From: Candidatus Babeliales bacterium
GTDB lineage: Bacteria > Babelota > Babeliae > Babelales > JANWKD01
NCBI GenBank assembly: GCA_963722075.1
Contig: CAVRJM010000001.1
Location: 1,216,001-1,280,000, forward strand
Direction: 5' to 3'
Length of the DNA: 64,000 nucleotides
Positions 1 to 9,800 of the stretch are shown piece by piece; within the stretch, counting starts at the first letter, position 1, and each line of letters starts with the position of its first letter. The translations under genes and the position numbers were made by a program. Below the pieces are notes generated by a model. That model was not told the origin of the DNA and made no database searches. It saw only the letters and a list, made by a program, of their open reading frames with translations.

Positions 1-2
1 GG

Positions 3-629
3 ACTGTTTATCATGCAATAAAAAAGCAACTAGGAGCAGGGCATCCGCTGCTACGTCAATTATATTGGCGCGACTTTTTTACCTATGTTGCCTATCATTC
101 TCCCTTTGTTTTTGGTGAGTCATTTTATAAAAAATATGAAAAGTTGTGGTGGAGTGATAATAAAAAATTATTTACATTGTGGTGCGAAGGCAAAACAGGA
201 TTCCCTATTGTTGATGCAGGAATGAGAGAATTAAATCAAACAGGGTTTATGCATAATAGGGTGCGATTGCTAGTTGCATCATTCTTAGTAAAGGATTTGC
301 ATATAAACTGGCTCTGGGGAGAACGCTATTTTGCCCAACATTTAATTGATTATGATCCAGCCGTAAATAATGGTAATTGGCAATGGTGTGCTTCTACTGG
401 GTGTGATGCGCAGCCCTATTTTAGAATATTTAATCCCTGGTTACAGCAAAAAAAATTTGATGCTGAATGTGTATATATTAAAAAATGGATACCTGAACTC
501 AAAGATGTAGAGAACGCTACTATTCATACCTGGTATGCGCAAAAGCAATCGATCAACAATTATCCATTACCAATTGTAGATCATGCTTATGAGAGCAAAA
601 TAGCTAAAAAACTCTTTAAAAACCTCTAA
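3..629 (+). CDS. phrB: Deoxyribodipyrimidine photolyase, C-terminal FAD-binding part (5' end outside window)
   Basis: WCEGKTGFPIVDAGMREL, GFMHNRVRLLVASFL, DYDPAVNNGNWQW and YFRIFNP motifs; frame is open from the window start (RQLYWRDF). Confidence 0.93.
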   Translation, partial: TVYHAIKKQLGAGHPLLRQLYWRDFFTYVAYHSPFVFGESFYKKYEKLWWSDNKKLFTLWCEGKTGFPIVDAGMRELNQTGFMHNRVRLLVASFLVKDLHINWLWGERYFAQHLIDYDPAVNNGNWQWCASTGCDAQPYFRIFNPWLQQKKFDAECVYIKKWIPELKDVENATIHTWYAQKQSINNYPLPIVDHAYESKIAKKLFKNL

Positions 630-693
630 TATTGCAATTTGAAACTATAAAATAGTATAATTATAGTAGCTATTTATCTGAAAAGGAGTTATT

Positions 694-1311
694 ATGAATA
701 AAAAATCACCTATTATAACCTTTCTTTTATCAACTGTTTTATTTTCTTTAGAAGCAAATCATAATATTGAAAAATATATTCCAAAGATTGCTGAGCAAAT
801 TAACGCTCTAGAGTTTTATCACCCAAAAGTTCAAGGATGGACGCCTTTTGAGCAGATAAGTTTATTTTTACACCAAGCAGGTTTTAAACAAGAAAAACCA
901 AACCCAAATATTCAAATTGATGGAAAAACTCTTTTGATGTATTTCATGGAAAAAGTAACAGGAAATCGTATCGAAGCGCTTAAACGTTTATTAAAAGTTT
1001 TAAATAATTATATGATGGATATAAATGTAATTGCTGATAATGGGATGACAGCACTTACATTTGCTGCCTCAAGAAATGATAATGAAATGGTAGAAGGATT
1101 AATCACGTATGGCAAAGCTGATGTTAATCAGCCTGATGCATTTGGCAAAACATATAGGGATTATTTAATAGAAAATGAAATAAAAAGAAAAGAAAAAGTG
1201 GAAGAGGAATTGCGAAGGGAATTTGAGTTTATTCGTACCAAAGAAGAATTGGAAGAAGAGCGGGAAAAAGAATTAGAAAAAGAACTTGAAGAATGGGAAA
1301 TAATTGGTTAA
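694..1311 (+). CDS. Secreted ankyrin-repeat protein with acidic coiled-coil tail
   Basis: N-terminal hydrophobic signal; GKTLL, GMTALTFAA and ADVNQPDAFGKT ankyrin motifs; AGGAG RBS. Confidence 0.85.
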   Translation: MNKKSPIITFLLSTVLFSLEANHNIEKYIPKIAEQINALEFYHPKVQGWTPFEQISLFLHQAGFKQEKPNPNIQIDGKTLLMYFMEKVTGNRIEALKRLLKVLNNYMMDINVIADNGMTALTFAASRNDNEMVEGLITYGKADVNQPDAFGKTYRDYLIENEIKRKEKVEEELRREFEFIRTKEELEEEREKELEKELEEWEIIG

Positions 1312-1336
1312 CCAATTACTATAAATGGAGTGTTGT

Positions 1337-1894
1337 ATGAAAATTAATAAATTATTTTTATTGGTATCGATGAGTTTTATTGCAAATTTATTTTGTTCAT
1401 ATTCTTTACGCCAAGATATTCCAAACAAAGCATTATTTGATGCTATTGAAAATGCGAATGTTAACGCGGTGAGAGTATTGTTAGCAGAAAAAAGAATTAA
1501 TCCAAATATACCATATCAAGGGAAATCTGCGCTTATTAAAGCAATTACGTTATCAGATCCTAATGCAAAAGCAATTGTGGAATTGCTCCTAAAGCATGAT
1601 GCTAATCCCGATTACATTGATGATTCGGGAATGACTCCTTTAGTAGCTGCTAAATATGTTAATAAGCCGGATATTGTTTTGCTGCTATTGCAATATGGGG
1701 CTCGGGTAACCACTGATAAAACATTACGTGAAGAGAAAAAGCCTAAAATTACCTGTCCGTATGAAAAAGGCCTTAAGAAATTAGAAAAAGAATTTTATAT
1801 GGTGCCTGAAGAGCCTAAAAAAGAAGAAGAGGAATGGACGGTAATCGAAAGCCCTAAATCTGCATGGGAGACATTAAAGCGCTGGCTCTATTAA
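1337..1894 (+). CDS. Secreted ankyrin-repeat protein
   Basis: Signal peptide from MKINK; ALFDAI, GKSALIKAI, GMTPLVAA and LLLQYGA ankyrin repeats. Confidence 0.88.
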   Translation: MKINKLFLLVSMSFIANLFCSYSLRQDIPNKALFDAIENANVNAVRVLLAEKRINPNIPYQGKSALIKAITLSDPNAKAIVELLLKHDANPDYIDDSGMTPLVAAKYVNKPDIVLLLLQYGARVTTDKTLREEKKPKITCPYEKGLKKLEKEFYMVPEEPKKEEEEWTVIESPKSAWETLKRWLY

Positions 1895-1955
1895 AAATTG
1901 ACAAATAAGATAAAAAATTATATGATTATTGTTACTAAGAATCTTTGAAATATTT

Positions 1956-2380
1956 GGGGGCGTACTGGCTTCGACGTGGTATCGATAGGTTAAAGAGCAT
2001 GCCAAGTTTTGACTGAAAACTTGTAAAAGAATTGGTCGAAATATAAATGCAAACACTGTTAAAAGTGATGTTCCTGCAGCTTTATTTGGTTCAATCCAAA
2101 ATTCAGTATTTGGTGCTCAAGCAGCAGCTTGTGCTTAATTACTGAATAGTTCAGGACACTTGTTAGCATAACGTGCTTATCAGCGGTGCTAACACGTATT
2201 ACAAGAGATAAGACTTTCTCGCGTAGATTACATAATTTTGTAGCGAGAAAAAACACTAAATTATCCTTACTTTCTATCTGTGTTTTCGAGGTGAAGTAAC
2301 GGTATATTCGAAAACTGAGCATGGAGTACTTTAAGCTTGACATATTGCGGACATGGGTTCGATTCCCATCGCCTCCACCA
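1956..2380 (+). ncRNA. ssrA: tmRNA; tag peptide ANTVKSDVPAALFGSIQNSVFGAQAAACA* (2049-2138)
   Basis: 5' GGGGGCGTACTGGCTTCGAC; 3' T-arm GGGTTCGATTCCC and CGCCTCCACCA forming an acceptor stem with G3:U; ATAAAT-GCA resume context and Ala-rich tag ORF. Confidence 0.95.
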
Positions 2381-2427
2381 GTCTTCGCCCTTCGGGCTAC
2401 GCCTGGCACGGCCAGTTTCTTTAGCGG

Positions 2428-3534
2428 CTAATAATTATGATCCAATACATCAATATATGGCTTAAACTTAAATAAACGGCCTCTTTTTTGTTGCGTTTCT
2501 TCTACTAAGATCCCATTTGCCATAAAATCAGTAATAATTTTATGAGCCGTATTATACGAAGTATTGAGCTGCTTACTGAGTTCTTGAATATTAATAATCG
2601 GTATCCTAAAAAAAATTGATAATGCTTTTAACCGTGTACGCATGGTTGCGGTTGACTGTTTTTCTTGCGTAATTTGATCCCGCAGTGAGTGTTCTAATGA
2701 AGCGATATCTTTTGCGCGTCGGTGAGCATCAATGCTTGTTTCTTTGATAGCGGTTAAATAAAAAAGCACCCATCCTTCAAAATCGCCTTTGGTACGTACT
2801 TGATCAAGTCGTTGATAATACTCAAGTTGATTCTTTTTAAAATAATAAGAAAGATACAAAATGGGTTCATCAAGTAATTTGTTATCAATGAGCATAAGTG
2901 CGATTAATAATCTACCAATACGGCCATTGCCATCTAAAAAAGGGTGTATGGTTTCAAATTGAACATGGGCAAGACCTGCTTTAATAAGCGGCATAGGTTC
3001 TTCGCTGTTAATATACTTTTCTAAATCGGTCATTAAATCTGGAATTAATTGTGGTGGTGGTGGAATTAGAGCGCCCACGCGTACTGGTTGTTTTCGATAA
3101 TGACCTGGATTGGCTTTTTCGCCTTCTCCTTTCTCCATCAATGTTTTATGCGCAGCAAGAATTACGCGCGAAGAAATAGGCAATCCCTCTTTTTTGACCA
3201 TATCAACTGCTTTATAAATAGCGGTACAGTAGTTCATCACTAGTTGTGTATCCTTACCTGCCTTGCCGCCGCTTAATGGTTGAGTAAAAACATCTAAAAG
3301 CGTAGTGTGAATTCCTTCAATTGAAGAGGATAAAAGCGCTTCTTTAATGACATATGATTTGATAAATCGCTTTGGATCGGGTAAACTATTAGTCATCTCG
3401 TTTAGTTTGCCCAATTGAAGCATCGCTTCTCCGTATGCATCTATGATTTTTTCATTTAGTAATAATGGCGGTTCGTGGGGCGGTAATGAATCAGGTATAA
3501 AATAGCTATCTTCGTAATGGCCCGTTATACGCAT
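2428..3534 (-). CDS. Fic family protein (N-terminal DUF4172-type, C-terminal HTH)
   Basis: Canonical HPFLDGNGRIGR Fic motif; SSSIEG inhibitory-helix motif. Confidence 0.93.
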   Translation of the reverse strand: MRITGHYEDSYFIPDSLPPHEPPLLLNEKIIDAYGEAMLQLGKLNEMTNSLPDPKRFIKSYVIKEALLSSSIEGIHTTLLDVFTQPLSGGKAGKDTQLVMNYCTAIYKAVDMVKKEGLPISSRVILAAHKTLMEKGEGEKANPGHYRKQPVRVGALIPPPPQLIPDLMTDLEKYINSEEPMPLIKAGLAHVQFETIHPFLDGNGRIGRLLIALMLIDNKLLDEPILYLSYYFKKNQLEYYQRLDQVRTKGDFEGWVLFYLTAIKETSIDAHRRAKDIASLEHSLRDQITQEKQSTATMRTRLKALSIFFRIPIINIQELSKQLNTSYNTAHKIITDFMANGILVEETQQKRGRLFKFKPYIDVLDHNY

Positions 3535-3742
3535 TTTTATCCCTTTTTACGGCATTTTGTTTCAATAAATAGTTCTTAATTGAAATAATCATTCAAATTG
3601 CTCTCTTTTATTTAATAAAATAATTATACAATGAAATAAAGAATACAAGAAGGTTGATTTTATGCGACCAGAATTTCGGATAAATAATTGACTTTTAGAA
3701 TTGTATAATTTACAATTAGAATATAAAAATATATTGAAATTA

Positions 3743-3838
3743 GGGGGCGTACAGCTTCGACGCGCTCATGAAAACGGGAAGGGGATGCCGAGTTTCGACT
3801 GATTTCATTTTCAATATCACGAGCTTGTAAAAAGAAAA
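3743..3838 (+). pseudogene. Degenerate copy of the 5' part of tmRNA
   Basis: GGGGGCGTACAGCTTCGACG vs GGGGGCGTACTGGCTTCGACG; ATGCCGAGTTTCGACTGA vs ATGCCAAGTTTTGACTGA; CTTGTAAAAAGAA vs CTTGTAAAAGAA; no 3' acceptor half seen. Confidence 0.65.
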
Positions 3839-3901
3839 ACTCTTGATTCAAACAAGCTGTTTTAGGTATACTTAAATTAGGTATGATAAAGGGAGGGTAC
3901 C

Positions 3902-4288
3902 ATGAGATCACATTTTAATTTTACTTTTCTTTTTTTGCTTTTCATAAATTTCTTTTTTAATAGCTACTCATTTGATATTGGTGCTGATGATGAAGGGTTT
4001 GAAGATATTTTTAGTGAAGATATGGGTGGCAGAGTAAATTTTTCTGAGGATATTATTAATCCTGAAGTTGGTCCAGACCAAAAAAAGGAAGAAGCGCCAC
4101 GTCCTATTGAATATCCTGAAGTTCGTTATAAAGTTATTAATCCGGAACAGGAAATTAGTGAGCCAGCAGTTGATACGTCTATAAAAATTCCTTTAGAAGA
4201 TGTTCCTGTAGAAGATATTTCTTTAGAAAATGATGAAAGTGATGGAATTGTAACAATTCCTGAGCTTGAAATTATTGAAGATCAATAA
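3902..4288 (+). CDS. Secreted, highly acidic, probably disordered hypothetical protein
   Basis: GGAGG RBS, hydrophobic N-terminus, D/E-rich body, followed by a terminator. Confidence 0.7.
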   Translation: MRSHFNFTFLFLLFINFFFNSYSFDIGADDEGFEDIFSEDMGGRVNFSEDIINPEVGPDQKKEEAPRPIEYPEVRYKVINPEQEISEPAVDTSIKIPLEDVPVEDISLENDESDGIVTIPELEIIEDQ

Positions 4289-4307
4289 TTGCATAGAGAT
4301 AAAAATG

Positions 4308-4347
4308 AAAAGGGCCGATATCAGTAATGATATCGGCCCTTTTTTTT
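4308..4347 (+). terminator. Rho-independent terminator
   Basis: AAAAGGGCCGATATC-AGTAAT-GATATCGGCCC followed by a T run. Confidence 0.85.
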
Positions 4348-4354
4348 ATAATGA

Positions 4355-5480
4355 CAGGACTTACGCATAAGTAGCACCAATATAACGATCTAATCGAGTG
4401 AACATACGATTTAGAGAAGAAGGATTTTTATTCTTAAAGGCTGTGATAGCGGCTTCTGGATTCTTATAAGAATCCAATTGAGCGATTGAATAAGCTAAGA
4501 AGACAGCGCAGATATGATCAAATTGCGTAACTATTTTTCTGGAAAAGCATTCTTGAAGGCCTAAGCTTTGCTTAGAAGTTCTGATTAATTTTTCTATTCC
4601 CCAACGATTTTTATAATTAGTAGCATGTTGCTTTGGAGTGGCTTTATACGTTGCAGCCTGGTAAACAATAGTTTCATTACCATGCTTATCAATGCGCCTT
4701 ACGGCAGTAATGTAAAGGGAAAGACCATGCCAAACAATGGTTATAGTGCGAGCCATCTGCCGGCCCTTTGGGCGTATTTCTTTAATTTCATGCAACTTTC
4801 TTTTTTTCCCTTTATATTCAACTACACGGTTACTATGCATACGCACTTCGGTTGCAATATTATTTTCTATAGCCCATTTTAAATATTCCACCGAAGCAAA
4901 TGCACCATCCAAAACTGCAATAATTCTTGCATTGGGAAAAAGTTTTTGAGCTTCGATGATAAATAGTTGTACCGTGATTATTAATGCTTGCTTGGGATTC
5001 TGATAAAACTCTTTTCCAAATGTAAAAACAGTATTGATTGGCACAGTAAATTTACCATCGGAAATGGCACTAATAAGCAATTTATATGCGTTAATGGATC
5101 TACCAATTTTTGTGTCAAAAAACCAACACGTACCATCCATCATTTGGGAGTAAATTTTCTTAATAGTTGTTTCATCTATGATTACTAATAGCTCTTTTTT
5201 ATGAGCAAAAATTTGTTGGGCAATTCTTTTTGATTGTTCAAGGCTTTCACGTCCTGATCGCAACATGCGATTAACAGTGTCACCACTTTTTTTGATGAGC
5301 TTACCCATATTTTCAAAACTTCTTTTTCCAATATTGGTAAGGATTGTAAGTAATGGATAAGTTGCTATATTATTAACAATGATCATTTAGGTTCTCCTTC
5401 GATTTAGTTGTTTTAGGAGAGCCTATTATTTTTTTAAAATACGTCTAGATCATATCTTTAAGTTATTTGCGCAAGTCCTG
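4355..5480 (-). mobile_element. IS element (IS4 superfamily / IS701-like)
   Basis: Terminal IRs CAGGACTTACGCA / TGCGCAAGTCCTG (1 mismatch); flanking direct repeat TAATGA. Confidence 0.92.
4361..5386 (-). CDS. DDE transposase
   Basis: IIDET, VLDGAF and YKNRWGIEKLIRTSK (Y-R-E-K) motifs; the stop codon lies inside the IR. Confidence 0.9.
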   Translation of the reverse strand: MIIVNNIATYPLLTILTNIGKRSFENMGKLIKKSGDTVNRMLRSGRESLEQSKRIAQQIFAHKKELLVIIDETTIKKIYSQMMDGTCWFFDTKIGRSINAYKLLISAISDGKFTVPINTVFTFGKEFYQNPKQALIITVQLFIIEAQKLFPNARIIAVLDGAFASVEYLKWAIENNIATEVRMHSNRVVEYKGKKRKLHEIKEIRPKGRQMARTITIVWHGLSLYITAVRRIDKHGNETIVYQAATYKATPKQHATNYKNRWGIEKLIRTSKQSLGLQECFSRKIVTQFDHICAVFLAYSIAQLDSYKNPEAAITAFKNKNPSSLNRMFTRLDRYIGATYA

Positions 5481-5551
5481 TAATGAAGCTGCTAGCGCGG
5501 ATAAAAAACAGGCGAGAGATATAATTATTTCAATTAATTTGACTCATTTTA

Positions 5552-6784
5552 CTTAAGTTTGGACAACTTCATTGTTAATAACTCCTAAAGGCATCAAACG
5601 CAATATACTTAGCCGAAATATTGTCGCGCAGGTAAAATTGAACTTGGCATATTGCTTTCCTAAGCTTGTGACGAGTATATGAATAAATCATATTAAGCAG
5701 AACATGCAATCCACTGAATTTGAGCCGCTCGCGCTTAGAAAGCACCTGATTACGTACTATTTCTCCAATCAAAATCAATAAGTTGTAAGCTATTAAGCCG
5801 ATTAGAAGCAATTTATGAAGATTATTCACCGTTTTGTTCATAAGTTTTGTAAAGCCCAATTTATCTTTTATGTCTTTGAAACTTTCTTCAATTTTCATAC
5901 GTTTTTTATAGTATTTTAAACCTTCGCATGGTTCACAATTTGTAATTACATATAAAGCTTCATGCATATTGGATTGCCATTCAGCAGCTATATTTACTTT
6001 GACATTTCCCTTATAATAAACTTCTTTCCAATTCTTCTTTGAACCTCGTGTAATAGAAATATCGATTTTACGGTACTTTTTATCAGTTATATTCACTGTA
6101 TGCCTTCCAGAATTAACTTTTAAGCGTATTGCATAATGAATTTGACGTGTGGTAAAGAATTTAATCATCTCTTCATTAGATAATTCTCGATCAGCAATAA
6201 TTATCTTATTGCAAAGCAAGTCAAATAATGGCTGTAAGGCATTTTGTAGAAACTTCCATTTGCCAATATTAGTCTGATCGATTGTTGAAGAGGATATTAT
6301 ATCTGCGAATATCACTTTTGATCGTCCTTTGAATGGTACACTTAATGCCAAAATATTGTACCCATGCGTTTTTCCATCTTTTAAATAACCAACATAATTA
6401 GTTTTATTAGCGCCTTTTCGAACCATCTCAGTAAAATCCAATAATATCATTTTGCTTGTTGAATCAATAAATGTTAAAAGAGCTTCTGACAGCTGCGATA
6501 CATCTAGCTTATTAAGCATCCTCGTAATCTTTTTATAATTCGTTTCATAATTGCCGGGCAACGCTGCAGAAATACTGGAAATTCTAAGTCTTCTTGTTTG
6601 CTGAAAGCTCCAAATCATTGATCCGATCAATTCTGCGAATTCTATTTTGAATATTTTTAGTGAATTAATCATTTTTATGATACAATTTTTAGCAATCATG
6701 ATTTCTCCTGATTTTGGCGTTTTTTCTTGTTTTTTAAAAAATACACCAGATCAGGAGTTTCTTCTATTTATGTCCGAACTTCAG
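5552..6784 (-). mobile_element. IS4-family element (different from its neighbour)
   Basis: IRs CTTAAGTTTGGACA / TGTCCGAACTTCAG (2 mismatches); 6-bp target duplication ATTTTA (5546-5551, 6785-6790). Confidence 0.9.
5575..6699 (-). CDS. IS4-family DDE transposase
   Basis: LLDFT, IIADRE and YKKRMKIEESFKDIK motifs. Confidence 0.9.
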   Translation of the reverse strand: MIAKNCIIKMINSLKIFKIEFAELIGSMIWSFQQTRRLRISSISAALPGNYETNYKKITRMLNKLDVSQLSEALLTFIDSTSKMILLDFTEMVRKGANKTNYVGYLKDGKTHGYNILALSVPFKGRSKVIFADIISSSTIDQTNIGKWKFLQNALQPLFDLLCNKIIIADRELSNEEMIKFFTTRQIHYAIRLKVNSGRHTVNITDKKYRKIDISITRGSKKNWKEVYYKGNVKVNIAAEWQSNMHEALYVITNCEPCEGLKYYKKRMKIEESFKDIKDKLGFTKLMNKTVNNLHKLLLIGLIAYNLLILIGEIVRNQVLSKRERLKFSGLHVLLNMIYSYTRHKLRKAICQVQFYLRDNISAKYIAFDAFRSY

Positions 6785-6886
6785 ATTTTAATATTGACAT
6801 TTAAAATAAATTAATTTTAACCTATCTTAATTCCATTAAAATACAAAAAAGAGAGTATACTTTTTAAAAAAAGGAAAGAGGGTTAA

Positions 6887-9800
6887 ATGAAGAATAGAAG
6901 GCTTAAAGTCTTTATTGCCAGAATGGTGATGGTAGGTTTGCTTGTGCAACATGCTGTGCCGTTGATGGCTGCCTATGAACAAGATTCAGTAAGCGAACAA
7001 CCAGCTGAAAACTTACCGATTAAGAATAAAAGAGTAAAATCAGAAGACTCTATAGATCCTCATGCGCTCATACCAACTGCCGATACGAGTGAACAAATAG
7101 TAGTTATTGATGATGAGCAGTTAGAACATTTTATTGCATCTATAGTAAAAACCGTTGCTAGAAATGGAACACAGGAAACATTGTCAGAAGAAATGATGAT
7201 TTTTTGTGAACAATTACTAACCGGTAAAAAAGAATTTTCAGTTGGATTCTTGTGCAAAGTTGTTCCTCAATTATTAACGCTCGCAAATAAAAGCATGGAA
7301 GAAGAACGTGCCATGCGACCGAACGTTGGGTTTCAAGATGGGTCAATAGTTGGTCCATTACTTTCTTGCAACTTTGACCAAGTTCTTGCCTTGCTTCATC
7401 AAATTTTTAATTTTTTAATGCAATGTTGTGCTACCATAGAATTTGATTTAAATGGTGTGTTTACCTTATTAAATACTGATTTTAATGGAACCTTTACCTT
7501 TCTTAATGAAATAGAAAATACCTTAACTACGTGCTGTGCTACCATAGAAAATGATTTAAATGGCGTATTTACCTTATTGAATACAGATTTTAATGGAACT
7601 TTTACTTTTCTTAATGAAATAGAGAACACCATAACTACATGCTGTGCAATTGTAGAAAATGACTTGAATGGGGTATTTACGTTATTGAATACAGATTTTA
7701 ATGGAACCTTTACCTTTCTTGATGAAATAGAAAATACCTTAACTACGTGTTGTGCAATTGTAGAAAATGATTTGAATGGAGTATTTACGGCACTTGCAGC
7801 TTTAACAGTAACGGTTACGGTTGATTTTACGGATGTATTCACCACGCTTGATGATATTAATAATACACTAACTACCTGTTGCGCAATCGTAGAAAATGAT
7901 TTAAATGGCGTATTTACCGTACTCAATACTGATTTTAATGGGGTTTTTACCGCATTAGCTGATTTATCAGTAACGGTCACGGTTGATTTTACGGATGTAT
8001 TTACCACACTTGATGAAATTAATAATACATTAACTACTTGCTGTGCGATCGTAGAAAATGATTTAAATGGTGTCTTTACCGCCCTCAATGATATAAGTAC
8101 ATCGTTTACTGTTGATATTACAAATATATTTACCACACTTGAGGATATTAATAATACATTAACTACGTGTTGCGCGATTGTAGAGAATGATTTGAATGGC
8201 GTATTTACGGTATTAAATACCGACTTTAATGGTACCTTTACTATGTTAACAGATATATTTAATACCCTGACTACTGGTTGTGCATCAATTACACCTTGTA
8301 ATCCTGTCTTTATTACTCAGGCAGATGTGGGAACGACTGGTTATACCATTACACAATCTGGAGTGTACTTTCTAAAAGAAAATATTGTATTTAGTCCAGC
8401 AACAATATCTGATGCCATTACTATAGAAGCTGATGATGTGCAATTAAATTTACAATGTTTTATTTTATCACAAGGTAATGCGCAACCATCTGTGACTGGT
8501 ATTGTTGTTGTGCCTGGGGTTAATAGCACTACTATCGAAAATGGTACCATCTCGGGATTTACTAATAATGGTATTAGTGTTGATCTGAGTGTATCGGATT
8601 TTACTCTCTTAAATACTGTTATACGTCGAAATGGCTCTGGTCTATTTTTAGATGGAGTAGTAGGATCCCCTGTTTCAAATTTTATTGTTAGAAATGTGGA
8701 ATTTAATTCCAATCTTATTGGGTTGGTTATGACAAATGCTAATAATGGGATTATCCAAGGTTCAATTTTGTCACGTAACAAAACTGGTATAATGATGACT
8801 GATTGCTCTGGCAATGTTATTTCACAATGTGATATTAATCAAACGGTACAAACTGATCAGGAAAGCGCGTATGGTATAATTGCTCAAGGGGGATCTAATA
8901 ATCGATTTGAAAGATGTATAATCGATGGCACTTCAACAATGGCAACCACATCAGCATTTGAGGCAACTGGTTTGTATATTGGGAGTGATGAGCAAGGCGA
9001 TCTTATTGTGTGGAATCAAATAAGCAATTCAACGACATCTTCAAATGCTTTTGCCTATGGTATCCATATGGATTACACCTTTATTGGGACTAGTACAGAA
9101 GGCATGCCGAGCATTGTAAGTACTAATACTATTATGAAGCTTGCTTGGTCACCAAGCGATAAATACTTAGGAGTCAATTTTGGCTTTTCGGAAAAGATAT
9201 ACGAATTTGACCTTGCTAATGATCAATTTGTACAAGTAGCAAGCGTTACAACACCAAGTGCTACTTCTGGATTAAGCTGGTCACCTGATGGATCATTTAT
9301 AGCTTTTAGCGATCAATCGGGTGCGATAAATATCTATTCATTTGCCGGTACTACACTTAATTTTGTAACAAGTTTTGATGTTTCACCCAACATCCCACAA
9401 GCTGTCGCATGGTCACCTGATGGGCGATTTATAGCGGTAGGGACATCGGCAGGATCTTCTGGTGAAGAGATTATATTGGAATTTAATGGATCCTCATTAA
9501 GTCAAGTAGCAAGTTTTAGTTCGACCTTTGCACCATTATCAATAGCATGGGCTCCTGAGGGAGATTTTCTTGCAGTTGGAACGACCGAAAATGTGATAGT
9601 GCTTAAATTTGTATCGGGTATTACTTTAACGCAGGTCGCTATTGCTACTCCTTTTGCACCAGTACCTGCAGTTGATTGGGCAGTCGATGGAAGATCGATT
9701 GTTACTGCTCAAAATACAGGAACGCAAAAAGTGGTTGTATATTCATTTTCAGGAACATCGCTTACTATCCAAGCCACGGTTAATAATTCTATAATCATTA

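Noticed and set aside
1874..2409. Minus-strand ORFs 1874-2056 and 2059-2409
   Set aside because: Antisense to tmRNA; no protein features
2381..6784. Integrative island at the tmRNA 3' end
   Set aside because: No integrase and no duplicated 3' tmRNA (att) sequence found in the window
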